64,000 nt of DNA, from positions 20,653-84,652 of the forward strand of contig JAZDCZ010000427.1 in NCBI GenBank assembly GCA_036679605.1. The letters are read 5' to 3'. A program made the position numbers and the translations under genes. The stretch is from Gemmatimonadota bacterium (GTDB lineage: Bacteria; Gemmatimonadota; Gemmatimonadetes; Gemmatimonadales; GWC2-71-9). Positions 38,244-47,853 of the stretch are shown here, piece after piece (positions within the stretch are counted from its first letter, which is position 1; every line of letters starts with the position of its first letter). The notes beneath the pieces are model-generated. The model was not told the DNA's origin, made no database searches, and worked only from the letters and a program-made list of their open reading frames with translations.

Positions 38244-39046
38244 ATAACGGAGACTTCGACACCAGGGTCGTACGCGGCGTCACCCTGATCGAAGATCCGG
38301 CACGGGAAAACTGTTTCACCTGCGCCGATACCGCCGCAGATATGCAACAATGGCCCGACATGTCGGACATCTCTCGGCGTGAGCGCCTCCACCGTCACAT
38401 GAACAATGAGTGCGGTGCCTTGGAGATCGCCGCCCAGTGTATCGCTGACTTTCCCGATGCGCCCTGGGAACTGAGGATGAGTCTTGCCAATCAGGCCGCC
38501 GATGAGGCCCGACACGCTGCGATGCTACTCCGCAGAGTCAAGGAGTTGGGAGGACATAAAGGCGAATTTCCGGTCAACAACCTGGAATGGGGCCTTTCCC
38601 TGATGCTCGATAATCTTCCAGGGCGGCTCGCCGTTCAGAACCGTACCTTCGAGGCAGGTCTCATTGACCTTCTGGGGTCCCTTCGCAACGTCTGGCGTGA
38701 AGCTGGAGATGAAACTACAGCAGAACTTCTCGACGGCATCCTCGCCGACGAAATCGTTCACGTTCGCTTCGGCAATCGTTGGATCAAACGCATGACGGAG
38801 AAAGACCCAACCGTTCTTCTCAAGGTGGCCAACTCGATCCGCGTGCTAGGGGAAGCTCTTGCCGGATTGGAAGTGGACGGTGAGGTCAACGCATCGGGTT
38901 TCATCATCTCTCCGAAGTTGCCACCGGCAGTCTATGTCCAGGGGCGGCTGGAAGCAGACTTTACCGAAGAAGAGGTCAAGGAAGTACTTCGACAGGCGGG
39001 CTTCCGCTCGATCATTCCTCACGAGCTGACCTTAGAAACTTCTTGA
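38240..39046 (+). CDS. Ferritin-like diiron protein (DUF455-like), paralog of 34133-34924
   Basis: HRHMNNE, DFPDAPW, DEARH, RLAVQNRTFEA and DEIVH motifs. Start reassigned to ATG 38240. Confidence 0.85.
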   Translation: MNNGDFDTRVVRGVTLIEDPARENCFTCADTAADMQQWPDMSDISRRERLHRHMNNECGALEIAAQCIADFPDAPWELRMSLANQAADEARHAAMLLRRVKELGGHKGEFPVNNLEWGLSLMLDNLPGRLAVQNRTFEAGLIDLLGSLRNVWREAGDETTAELLDGILADEIVHVRFGNRWIKRMTEKDPTVLLKVANSIRVLGEALAGLEVDGEVNASGFIISPKLPPAVYVQGRLEADFTEEEVKEVLRQAGFRSIIPHELTLETS

Positions 39047-39081
39047 TGACTTGACGGCGACGGCCAAGTGAATCCCAAGCG

Positions 39082-40362
39082 ATGCTGACCCCGCAACAAG
39101 AGTTAGTCCTGTTGCTGGCGGGCCACTTTGAATCGTCCACCAAAAAGCTGGACAAACTTGCCGAATCGGTAGACTGGCAGGCATTCCTCCACGCCACACC
39201 CGCCAATCCACACCCCTACCTGGCCTACCGCATCGAACAGACTATCGGGCCGAGCCGCCTGACCGACAACGCCTGGAACGTCTTAGCCGACGCCCGGCGC
39301 GCCAACTCCATGGGCCAACTCCAACGTCAGGCTACACTGCGAAAAATGTTCGCCGCGTTGGACGCCGCCGGTATTCCCACTATGGTGGTCAAGGGCATGG
39401 CCCTGGCATATCTGGTATACGCGGATCCTGGACTGCGGCCTATGAGCGACATCGACCTCTGGGTCCAGCCTTCCAATCTGGACCGCGCAACAGCCGCGCT
39501 CTTGGATGCCGGACTGCAACATCCCACTCGTTTCTACGAAGGTAAAGGAGACCCTCGCAGGCCGACCCTGATGCTGGAACAGCCGGGCACGCGAGGACTG
39601 GTTGAGCTTCATGGAGAATTGTATTCGCTCAACGCCCTGCCCGCATCATGGGTCGAGCAGGCATGGAATAGCAAGATCAAGGTTCTCCTAGGCGGAATCG
39701 AATCCTGGGTTCTCGACCCGCGCCACACGCTCGTTCACCTCTCTCTGCACTACGCTCGTGTACACCTGTTCAGTACTGGACTGGTGGGGCTGATCGACAT
39801 CTTTCTTACCGTGGAACGCTGGGAAGACGATTGGGACTGGCCCAAAATGGCAGCATCATATCGAGAACTGGGGATCGAAAATTGGATGTACCTAACCCTT
39901 CACCTCGCTCGTAAGATGCTCGGGGCTCCTGTGCCGGACTCTTTCTTTGAGGCGCTCGGCCAACCCGACCGAATAGACGAAATGGAGACCCTCGCGACCA
40001 GACAAGTCTGGGAAGGGCATGAGAACACACTTTTCCCGGCGCTCCGAGGTGTGCTCGCGACAACCTCACTACGCGATAGATTGAACTACCTATGGCAACG
40101 CATGAGCACATTTTACCTGCCGAAGAAAGACAAATCCCGCAACCCCTTCACGAACGCCGTAAGATTCGGCCGCAGCGCAATCTTCGACCTTTCTGTCAAG
40201 CTCCCGCGGTATATGGCTGCCTGGAAGAGAGGTGATCTCCGCGGATCTGAACGACGGCGAAGAATCCAACTCGCGAAACAACGCGGGCACCTTGCCCAGT
40301 TGGTGGAACAGTCAGCACCTGCCGCAGGCGTGCAGGCCAAGAACACCGCCGGCACAACTTGA
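39082..40362 (+). CDS. Nucleotidyltransferase family protein (NTP_transf_5-like)
   Basis: VVKGMALAYLVY...RPMSDIDLWV, VELH and HLSLH motifs. Confidence 0.85.
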   Translation: MLTPQQELVLLLAGHFESSTKKLDKLAESVDWQAFLHATPANPHPYLAYRIEQTIGPSRLTDNAWNVLADARRANSMGQLQRQATLRKMFAALDAAGIPTMVVKGMALAYLVYADPGLRPMSDIDLWVQPSNLDRATAALLDAGLQHPTRFYEGKGDPRRPTLMLEQPGTRGLVELHGELYSLNALPASWVEQAWNSKIKVLLGGIESWVLDPRHTLVHLSLHYARVHLFSTGLVGLIDIFLTVERWEDDWDWPKMAASYRELGIENWMYLTLHLARKMLGAPVPDSFFEALGQPDRIDEMETLATRQVWEGHENTLFPALRGVLATTSLRDRLNYLWQRMSTFYLPKKDKSRNPFTNAVRFGRSAIFDLSVKLPRYMAAWKRGDLRGSERRRRIQLAKQRGHLAQLVEQSAPAAGVQAKNTAGTT

Positions 40363-40418
40363 AGCTTCCCCCCCACCACGATACATTCGCCCATCCACCC
40401 TAACCCCAGGTAAACCCT

Positions 40419-43400
40419 GTGCGAAACAACCACAAGAGAGCCCTGAGCCGCTTCCTCCCTATTCTGGGACTCTTTGCCATCACTTCCACCGCCGGCGCCC
40501 AGTCGGCCGCGCTCAGCTCTGAGCTGTTGAGTGACCTCCACTTCCGCTCCATCGGCCCGGCGGTCATGGGTGGTCGCATCCACGACATCGAAGCCCTGCC
40601 CAACGATCCCTCGACGATCTACGTGGCCAGCGCCTCGGGCGGAATCTGGAAATCAACCAACAAGGGCACGACCTGGAAAGCGATCTTCGACCACGAGGCG
40701 GTGAGCACATTCGGAGACATCGCGATCGCGCCGTCGGATCACAACGTGATCTGGGCGGGTACGGGCGGCCAAAACAACCGCCAGAGCACGTCCTGGGGCG
40801 ATGGCGTCTACCGCTCGACGGACGGTGGCGAATCGTGGGAGCATCTCGGGTTGGAAGAAACACGGCACATCGGAGAAGTGGTCGTAGATCCCAACGATGC
40901 CGACGTGGCCTACGTTGCTGCACTGGGAAATCTCTGGGCGCCGAGCGAGGAGCGAGGAGTCTACAAGACAACCAACGGCGGACGGAGTTGGAAAAAGGTT
41001 CTCTTCGTCGACACTCTTACCGGTGTCGTAGACCTCGTGATGGACCCGAGCGACCCCAACACACTTTACGCCGCCGCCTACCAACGCATGCGCCGCACTT
41101 GGGGCTTCAACGGCGGCGGACCCGGCAGCGGCATCTACAAGACGACCGACGGCGGACGCCACTGGGACGAACTGACCAACGGCATCCCGCAAGGCGACAA
41201 GGGAAGGATCGCGTTGGCGATCGCCCAGACCAACCCCAATGTCCTGAACGCGATGATTCAACATGAGTCGGATACAGGCACCTACCGAACGACCGACGGT
41301 GGTGAGACATGGGAGAAGGTGAGCGATCTAAACCCCCGCCCGATGTACTACAGCCACATCTACATCGATCCGACCAACGAAAACCGCGTCTACGTGCTTG
41401 CAACTAGCTTCTACAAGTCAGAAGACGGCGGCCGCACTTTCGACACCCTCGCCACTAGACCAACGTACGACGTAGGCGTACACAGCGACTACCACACCCT
41501 ATGGATCGATCCAAACAACCCGTCGCACTTCTATCTCGCGGGCGACGGTGGGCTGCACGAGTCGTGGGACATGGGTCAGACGTACATGCGTATAAACAAC
41601 ATCCCAATCGGTCAGTTCTACGCGATCGGTGTCGATATGCGCACACCCTACCGTATCTACGGAGGGATGCAGGACAATCATTCGTGGATGGGTCCCTCGG
41701 CAACACGACGGTGGACCGGAATAATCAATGACGACTGGCAGCAGATCGGTTTCGGCGACGGAATGTACCAGCAAGCCGACCCGACCAATCACCGTTTCGT
41801 GTACGTGCTCGCGCAGAACGGTAATCTATCGCGCTTCGATGCCGAGACGGGAGACGCACTCGGCATAAAGCCTGTACCGCCCGCTGGCGAGTCGCCGTAT
41901 CGCTTTGATTGGGTGACGCCGAGCTTGCTGTCGCGACACGATCCTAGCACCATCTACCTGGGGGGAAATCGACTTTTCATCTCGCACGACCGCGGCGAGA
42001 CATGGGAACGCACTCCCGATCTCTCCCGCCAAATCAACCGCGACACATTGCGCTTGATGGATGTGCTCGGATCAGACTTGAAGATCTCCAAGAACGACGG
42101 CACCAGTTCGTTCGGCGAGATTACAACCATCTCAGAATCACCGCTCACGGCGGACATCCTTTGGGTTGGAACGGACGACGGCAACCTTCAGTTGTCACGC
42201 GACGGTGGTGTAACTTGGACTGAACTATCCGGCAATGTGCCCGATGTCCCAAGCGGTACGTACGTGAGCCGAGTGGCGGGATCAGTAACCGACCGGGGCA
42301 CTGTGTATGTCACGTTCGACGCCCATCGAGACGGCGATTTCCAACCTTACGTGTTTCGATCGGTCGACTTCGGCCGAAGTTGGAGTAACCTCGGCAAAAA
42401 ACTACCCACGGGCTCGGTGAACGTGATCGTCGAGTATACGGGGAGTCCCAACCTGCTATTCCTTGGAACTGAACACGCGCTGTTCGTCTCCACCGATGCG
42501 GGTGCGAATTGGGCGAAGTTTGCGGCGAACCTGCCAACAACACTGTACGACGACATGGTCATACACCCGCGCGACAAAGATCTCATTGTTGCAACTCATG
42601 GACGCAGCATATGGATTCTGGACGATGTGACACCACTGGCCGAATGGGCAAGCGTGTCACGCGGCGAGCCGGCCCACCTCTTCTCGATCGGGCGGGCAAC
42701 GATCTTTCAGCATTGGAAGGACACGTCGTACCGTGGCCAAGGCGCCTACGCCGGTGAAAACCCTCCCGTTGGAGCGATCATCACATATTATCTCGCAAGT
42801 CAAGCAGCGAGTGCCACCATCGAGGTGACGAACCAGGCGGGTGAACTCACGCGTACTATCGATGTGCCTAGCGAACGCGGGATCCACCGCATCACCTGGG
42901 ACCTCAGACACGAACCACCACCGAACCCGACGAATCGATCGCAACCATCCGCCCGACTGGCACAACCGACTGGCGCACGCGGTCCATTCGTGTCACCGGG
43001 CTCATACACCATCACCTTGGATGCAGACGGTACCAGAGCAACGCAAAGAGTGTCGGTTGTGGGTGACCCATTGATGGCGATCACGGACGATCAGTGGAAC
43101 GAGCGCGAAGTTTTTCTCGTGGACTTGCAAGAAACACAAGAACAAGTCCGCGAGACATCGCAAGCTATCGCTGCTTTGGTGAGAAACCTCTCCCAGGAAA
43201 CTGATTCCGAGAGTGCCACACTCGACTCGGCGCGTGCACTACAACGGACTCTGCGACAACTGAGGCGTTCTCTGAATGGACTGGCGAGCGAATTCAACGG
43301 TCAAGGCGTCCGCCAGGGTAGCTTGCACCCTCCGACTGAAACGCACAGACAACGCAAGAGCCAACTCGAGGCATCCCTGCGCAAAACGATGGACTCCCTT

Positions 43401-43427
43401 AATGAACTCCAGCAGAATAGCAGATAG
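40419..43427 (+). CDS. Secreted VPS10/BNR-repeat protein (paralog of 8158-11313)
   Basis: RSIGPAVMGGRI, Asp-box repeats, GGMQDN. Confidence 0.88.
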   Translation: MRNNHKRALSRFLPILGLFAITSTAGAQSAALSSELLSDLHFRSIGPAVMGGRIHDIEALPNDPSTIYVASASGGIWKSTNKGTTWKAIFDHEAVSTFGDIAIAPSDHNVIWAGTGGQNNRQSTSWGDGVYRSTDGGESWEHLGLEETRHIGEVVVDPNDADVAYVAALGNLWAPSEERGVYKTTNGGRSWKKVLFVDTLTGVVDLVMDPSDPNTLYAAAYQRMRRTWGFNGGGPGSGIYKTTDGGRHWDELTNGIPQGDKGRIALAIAQTNPNVLNAMIQHESDTGTYRTTDGGETWEKVSDLNPRPMYYSHIYIDPTNENRVYVLATSFYKSEDGGRTFDTLATRPTYDVGVHSDYHTLWIDPNNPSHFYLAGDGGLHESWDMGQTYMRINNIPIGQFYAIGVDMRTPYRIYGGMQDNHSWMGPSATRRWTGIINDDWQQIGFGDGMYQQADPTNHRFVYVLAQNGNLSRFDAETGDALGIKPVPPAGESPYRFDWVTPSLLSRHDPSTIYLGGNRLFISHDRGETWERTPDLSRQINRDTLRLMDVLGSDLKISKNDGTSSFGEITTISESPLTADILWVGTDDGNLQLSRDGGVTWTELSGNVPDVPSGTYVSRVAGSVTDRGTVYVTFDAHRDGDFQPYVFRSVDFGRSWSNLGKKLPTGSVNVIVEYTGSPNLLFLGTEHALFVSTDAGANWAKFAANLPTTLYDDMVIHPRDKDLIVATHGRSIWILDDVTPLAEWASVSRGEPAHLFSIGRATIFQHWKDTSYRGQGAYAGENPPVGAIITYYLASQAASATIEVTNQAGELTRTIDVPSERGIHRITWDLRHEPPPNPTNRSQPSARLAQPTGARGPFVSPGSYTITLDADGTRATQRVSVVGDPLMAITDDQWNEREVFLVDLQETQEQVRETSQAIAALVRNLSQETDSESATLDSARALQRTLRQLRRSLNGLASEFNGQGVRQGSLHPPTETHRQRKSQLEASLRKTMDSLNELQQNSR

Positions 43428-43477
43428 CTCACCATGCCAGACACTCCCAACTCCCCACTCCCTACCACCTATTCGTC

Positions 43478-45208
43478 ATGAAAACATTGAGACTGACAGC
43501 CATCTGCTTTGCGTTCAGTGCCGCCGCCGTGAGTGTGGCCAATGCACAGCAACGATTCGACGTTTTGATCACAGGAGGTCACGTGATCGATGGCACCGGC
43601 AACCCATGGTTCAGTGCCGATGTCGGAATTCGCAATGGACGGATCGTGGCCGTGGGACGGCTAGAAGGCGACGCCGGACGCATCATTGACGCCCGAGGTA
43701 AGGTCATTGTCCCCGGTTTCATCGATGTTCACTCCCACGCCGACGGGCCCGACGGCGATAAGACGGGCCTGCGATCTCCCGATCCAAAGCGCCGCGCGGC
43801 TCTCAATTTGGTGAGCCAGGGAATCACTACCGTGGTAGTAAACCAGGACGGCAGCGGTCCCAGTTCGATCGCCGACCAGCGCGCGACACTGGAAAGATTG
43901 GGCTTCGGCCCGAACGTCGTCCTGATGGTAGGTCACAACACCATACGACGTGACGCCATGGGCGAGGATTTTCGCCGACTTGCAACTCCCGCCGAAATCG
44001 AGCGCATGAAACAAGCGGTACGGCGGGGAATGGAAGCGGGGGCGTACGGTCTCTCTGCGGGATTGGAATACGTTCCGGGACGATGGAGCGACACGGATGA
44101 AGTGATTGCGCTCGTACGAGAAGTGAAACCGTTCGGCGGAGTCTACATAGTGCACGAACGCGCGTCGGGCAAGGATCCGATGTGGTACGTCCCCAGCCAC
44201 GACGAGCCCGGTCCTCCCACCATGCTCGACAACATCCGCGAGGTCATCGAGGTTGCGCGGCAAACCGGCGTCCCTAGCGACGCCACGCACGTCAAGGTTA
44301 GGGGTGCGGACTATTGGGGATCGGGCCGCGCCATCGTCCAGCTCATGAATCGCGCACGAGCGCGCGGCATCGAGGTTTGGGCCGATCAGTATCCTTACAA
44401 CACAACGGGCAGCGACGGCAACACCATGTTGATCCCCGATTGGGCACTTAGTGCAGATCGCTGGGCCCAAACACCCGGTGGTGCCGACAACACCGAGTCA
44501 ACGAAAAATTATGCGGCTGCGCTGCGCAAGATACTGGACGATCCCAAGGCCGTGGTCGACCTACGGAAGGACGTTGCGCGCGCAATAACACGGCGCGGCG
44601 ATCCGGAAAACATTGTCGTCTTCGACTATCCTGATTCATCGTGGATAGGAAAGTCGCTCGCCCAAGTGGCGGCCGAGTTAGACATTTCGGCCGTTGACCT
44701 CGCCATAAGGATGCAGTTGGAAGGCTTTCGAGACCGGCCGGGTGGTGCGCGGCTGCGCGGATTTTCCCTGTCTGAAATCGACGTCGAGTTGCTAGGGGCA
44801 CAGCCATGGACTCTCACCGTTACAGACGCCGGCGTGGCATTGCCGACTGACGGACCGGTGCACGCACGGTTCTATGGCACGTTCCCCAGGAAGATCCGCG
44901 AATACGCCCAAGACCGTGGCGTGATCAGCGTCGAGAACGCAGTTCGATCCGCAACGTCACTGCCCGCTCAGTTCATGGGCTTTCGTGACCGTGGTATGAT
45001 TCGCGAAAACTTCCACGCGGACATAACCATCATCGACCTGGCAACGCTACAGGACCGCGCGACATTTTTCGAGCCGCACCAATACGCCACGGGCGTCGAC
45101 TATGTCATGATCGGCGGCAACTTCGTGGTCGATAACGGCCGGCTTACTGAGGCACTCGTAGGCCAGATCATCACACCGAAGCAAGGGCGCAGATCGGGAA
45201 CATTGTAG
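43478..45208 (+). CDS. N-acyl-D-amino-acid deacylase family amidohydrolase
   Basis: PGFIDVHSH, GLEYVPG, DQYPY, HARFYGTFPR motifs. Confidence 0.9.
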   Translation: MKTLRLTAICFAFSAAAVSVANAQQRFDVLITGGHVIDGTGNPWFSADVGIRNGRIVAVGRLEGDAGRIIDARGKVIVPGFIDVHSHADGPDGDKTGLRSPDPKRRAALNLVSQGITTVVVNQDGSGPSSIADQRATLERLGFGPNVVLMVGHNTIRRDAMGEDFRRLATPAEIERMKQAVRRGMEAGAYGLSAGLEYVPGRWSDTDEVIALVREVKPFGGVYIVHERASGKDPMWYVPSHDEPGPPTMLDNIREVIEVARQTGVPSDATHVKVRGADYWGSGRAIVQLMNRARARGIEVWADQYPYNTTGSDGNTMLIPDWALSADRWAQTPGGADNTESTKNYAAALRKILDDPKAVVDLRKDVARAITRRGDPENIVVFDYPDSSWIGKSLAQVAAELDISAVDLAIRMQLEGFRDRPGGARLRGFSLSEIDVELLGAQPWTLTVTDAGVALPTDGPVHARFYGTFPRKIREYAQDRGVISVENAVRSATSLPAQFMGFRDRGMIRENFHADITIIDLATLQDRATFFEPHQYATGVDYVMIGGNFVVDNGRLTEALVGQIITPKQGRRSGTL

Positions 45209-45233
45209 TGCCTTAGTCGGTTATCTGACTGCC

Positions 45234-45803
45234 ATGAACAGCATAATGACGACGAACGATAATACGACCGCAACGAGCAAGCTCGATCCACAAGATCACC
45301 CCAGCAAATCTGTGGCCGAATCCATGATCGAGATGTCGCAACTCATGCGGCCTCAACACGGAAATTTTGCGGGCAACGTGCATGGCGGTACGATCCTCTC
45401 TCTTATGGACGAGGTTGCTTACACCTGCGCGTCGCGTTTCGCAGAGTCCTACTGCGTAACTGTCAGCGTTGACAGCGTGGAGTTCCTGTCCCCGGTCCGT
45501 GTGGGAGACGTGGTACGACTCAAGGCATCGGTCATCATGACGGGCAACACTTCTATGGGAGTCGGGATCAGCATGATCGCAGAGGATCCGCGCCATCCTG
45601 GTTCGGGCCGACGCACCAACCGCTGCTTCTTTTCCATGGTGGCCATAGATGACGACGGTCGTCCGACGCGGGTTCCCAAACTTCGCCTGGAAACCGCCGA
45701 GGACCACACGTGGAATTGTGAGGCGCAGCTGAGAGTGAAGCTCCGTAAACGTTACAAGGACGACCTCGCAGCGGGTGCTTGTGACCTTGGATCGATAGAC
45801 TAG
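45234..45803 (+). CDS. Acyl-CoA thioesterase (hotdog fold)
   Basis: NFAGNVHGGTILSLMDE and VTVSVDSVEFLSPVRVG motifs. Confidence 0.92.
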   Translation: MNSIMTTNDNTTATSKLDPQDHPSKSVAESMIEMSQLMRPQHGNFAGNVHGGTILSLMDEVAYTCASRFAESYCVTVSVDSVEFLSPVRVGDVVRLKASVIMTGNTSMGVGISMIAEDPRHPGSGRRTNRCFFSMVAIDDDGRPTRVPKLRLETAEDHTWNCEAQLRVKLRKRYKDDLAAGACDLGSID

Positions 45804-45919
45804 CAACCCAACGAAGCGTCTCGACCAGAACAAAGAACAGCAGTTCCATTTGACTCAGCCCATACGCTCAGCTACTCTAGAGCCTCCACCAGCTCCACTC
45901 TACAAAGCGAGATACGGCT

Positions 45920-46684
45920 ATGTCGGTGGCAGCCACCTTGAGCAGCGTTCCATTATTCTCACAACTCCGTGAGAGTGATTTGGAACGTCTCGGCCACGCA
46001 GTAAGAAGGCGGAGTTTCCCCAAAAACAGCGTCATCCTCTTCCCAGACGACCCAGGGGCGGGGGCGGCACTCTATGTCGTAGAGACTGGTCAGGTAAAGA
46101 TCGTCCTGACAGCCGAGGATGGACGAGAGGTGATACTGTCCATCAGAAGCCAGGGGGATTTCTTCGGAGAGATGTCCCTGATCGACGATGAGCCCCGTTC
46201 CGCTCACGTCATCGCGGTAGAGGACTCCGAAGTCATGGTGCTGAGGCGTGAGGATTTCCAGAGGTGTGTGCAGGAGATACCGCAGATCACCACCGGACTG
46301 CTAAGAGCGTTATGCAAGCGGCTGAGACAGGCAGACAACAAGATCAGCAGCTTGGTGCTCATGGACGTGCCCAGCAGGGTTGCCGGTCTCTTGTTGGAGT
46401 TGGCCGATGAAACCGACGGCGAGAACATCCCTCAAAAACTCACGCATCATATGATCGCCCAGATGATCGGCTCGAGCAGAGAGACCGTGTCACGCACAAT
46501 GCGGGACCTCACGACCAAGGGAGTGATCCAGACGGGCCGCAAGACAGTCAAGATCAGCAATCGGCGCGACTCTCAAGCAACCGCCAGCTCGGTCAGCCCG
46601 GAGACGGAGGTGGTTGCGGTCTCGCGCAGAGTCATCACTATTCTCGATCGCGAAGCACTCGAAGACGCCGCCGGTAAGATATGA
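45920..46684 (+). CDS. Crp/Fnr family transcriptional regulator
   Basis: FFGEMSLIDDEPRSA cNMP pocket; HTH IGSSRETVSR. Confidence 0.93.
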   Translation: MSVAATLSSVPLFSQLRESDLERLGHAVRRRSFPKNSVILFPDDPGAGAALYVVETGQVKIVLTAEDGREVILSIRSQGDFFGEMSLIDDEPRSAHVIAVEDSEVMVLRREDFQRCVQEIPQITTGLLRALCKRLRQADNKISSLVLMDVPSRVAGLLLELADETDGENIPQKLTHHMIAQMIGSSRETVSRTMRDLTTKGVIQTGRKTVKISNRRDSQATASSVSPETEVVAVSRRVITILDREALEDAAGKI

Positions 46685-47847
46685 AAGGATCCTCGATCTC
46701 GATGAAAGCAATCGTTCTTTCCCTAGTCCTTCTCCCTGTAACGGCCCTCCCTGCGTCGGGACAAACTGCCGACCAACATATGGAACGGGCACGCAGGATC
46801 TTGGCGGAGACACCCCTAATCGACGGCCACAACGATCTACCGTGGGCCATCCGGGAATTCGAAGGTGCGCCGCACAGCGTCACGGAGTACGACATTGAGC
46901 ACTCGCCGCCGGGACACACCGATATCGCGCGATTACGGAGTGGTATGCTCGGCGGCCAGTTTTGGTCGGTCTACATACCGTCAGATTATGCCGACTCGGG
47001 ATTCGCGCGTGTGCAGCTCGAGCAGATCGACATCGCGCGTCAGGTGATCGAGAAGTACAGCGGTACTTTCACGTTCGCGGCGGATGCGTCCGATGTGGAG
47101 CGCATATTTGCCGACGGGAGAATCGCCTCGATGCTAGGAGTCGAGGGTGGGCACGCTATCGAAAATTCGCTCGGCGTGCTTCGAGCATATTACGATCTCG
47201 GCGTTCGTTACATGACACTGACCCACGGCCTCACAATCGATTGGGCGGATTCGGCAACGGACAGTGTGCGGCACGGTGGGCTCACAAGGTTCGGCGAGGA
47301 GGTAGTGCGGGAGATGAACCGGCTCGGCATGTTGGTTGACCTGTCACATGTCTCACCGGGTACGATGAGCGACGCACTCAACGTGGCCGAGGCGCCCGTG
47401 ATCTTCTCACATTCATCTGCTAGGGAACTCACCGATGTGCCCCGCAACGTACCAGACTCAATCCTCGCAAGGTTGCCGCAAAACGGCGGTGTCGTGATGG
47501 TTACGTTCGTACCCCGCTTCGTGACGGACAACGAGACCGCTACAATTTCGGACGTTGCCAATCACATCGAGCACGTGCGTGACGTTGCCGGCATAGACCA
47601 TGTCGGGATCGGCAGCGACTTCGACGGCATAAGCTCGACTCCGGTAGGTTTGGAAGATGTATCGACATTCCCATCGCTATTCGCCGAGCTGTCGTGCCGT
47701 GGCTGGAGCGATCAGGACATGCGCAAACTAGCCGGTGAAAACGTACTTCGTGTAATGCGGCAAGCCGAGCGAGTTGCGCGGATACTGCGGCGGGACCGCC
47801 CACCCTCGACCAAGACGATCGAGGAACTGGACGGCCCCATCATGTGA
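46681..47847 (+). CDS. Membrane dipeptidase (peptidase M19)
   Basis: IDGHNDLP, EGGH, VDLSH, FSHS and GIGSDFDG motifs. Confidence 0.93.
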   Translation: MKGSSISMKAIVLSLVLLPVTALPASGQTADQHMERARRILAETPLIDGHNDLPWAIREFEGAPHSVTEYDIEHSPPGHTDIARLRSGMLGGQFWSVYIPSDYADSGFARVQLEQIDIARQVIEKYSGTFTFAADASDVERIFADGRIASMLGVEGGHAIENSLGVLRAYYDLGVRYMTLTHGLTIDWADSATDSVRHGGLTRFGEEVVREMNRLGMLVDLSHVSPGTMSDALNVAEAPVIFSHSSARELTDVPRNVPDSILARLPQNGGVVMVTFVPRFVTDNETATISDVANHIEHVRDVAGIDHVGIGSDFDGISSTPVGLEDVSTFPSLFAELSCRGWSDQDMRKLAGENVLRVMRQAERVARILRRDRPPSTKTIEELDGPIM

Positions 47848-47853
47848 CTCTGC

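Noticed and set aside
27757..40362. Classical lasso peptide cluster (AsnB homolog, RRE, kinase, nucleotidyltransferase)
   Set aside because: No transglutaminase-like B2 peptidase is present, AsnB keeps its glutaminase Cys, and the peptide C-terminal region has no Asp/Glu acceptor or Thr(-2) pattern.
8158..43427. The two VPS10 genes as direct repeats bounding a mobile island
   Set aside because: They are clearly diverged paralogs; no integrase, att site or tRNA was seen.
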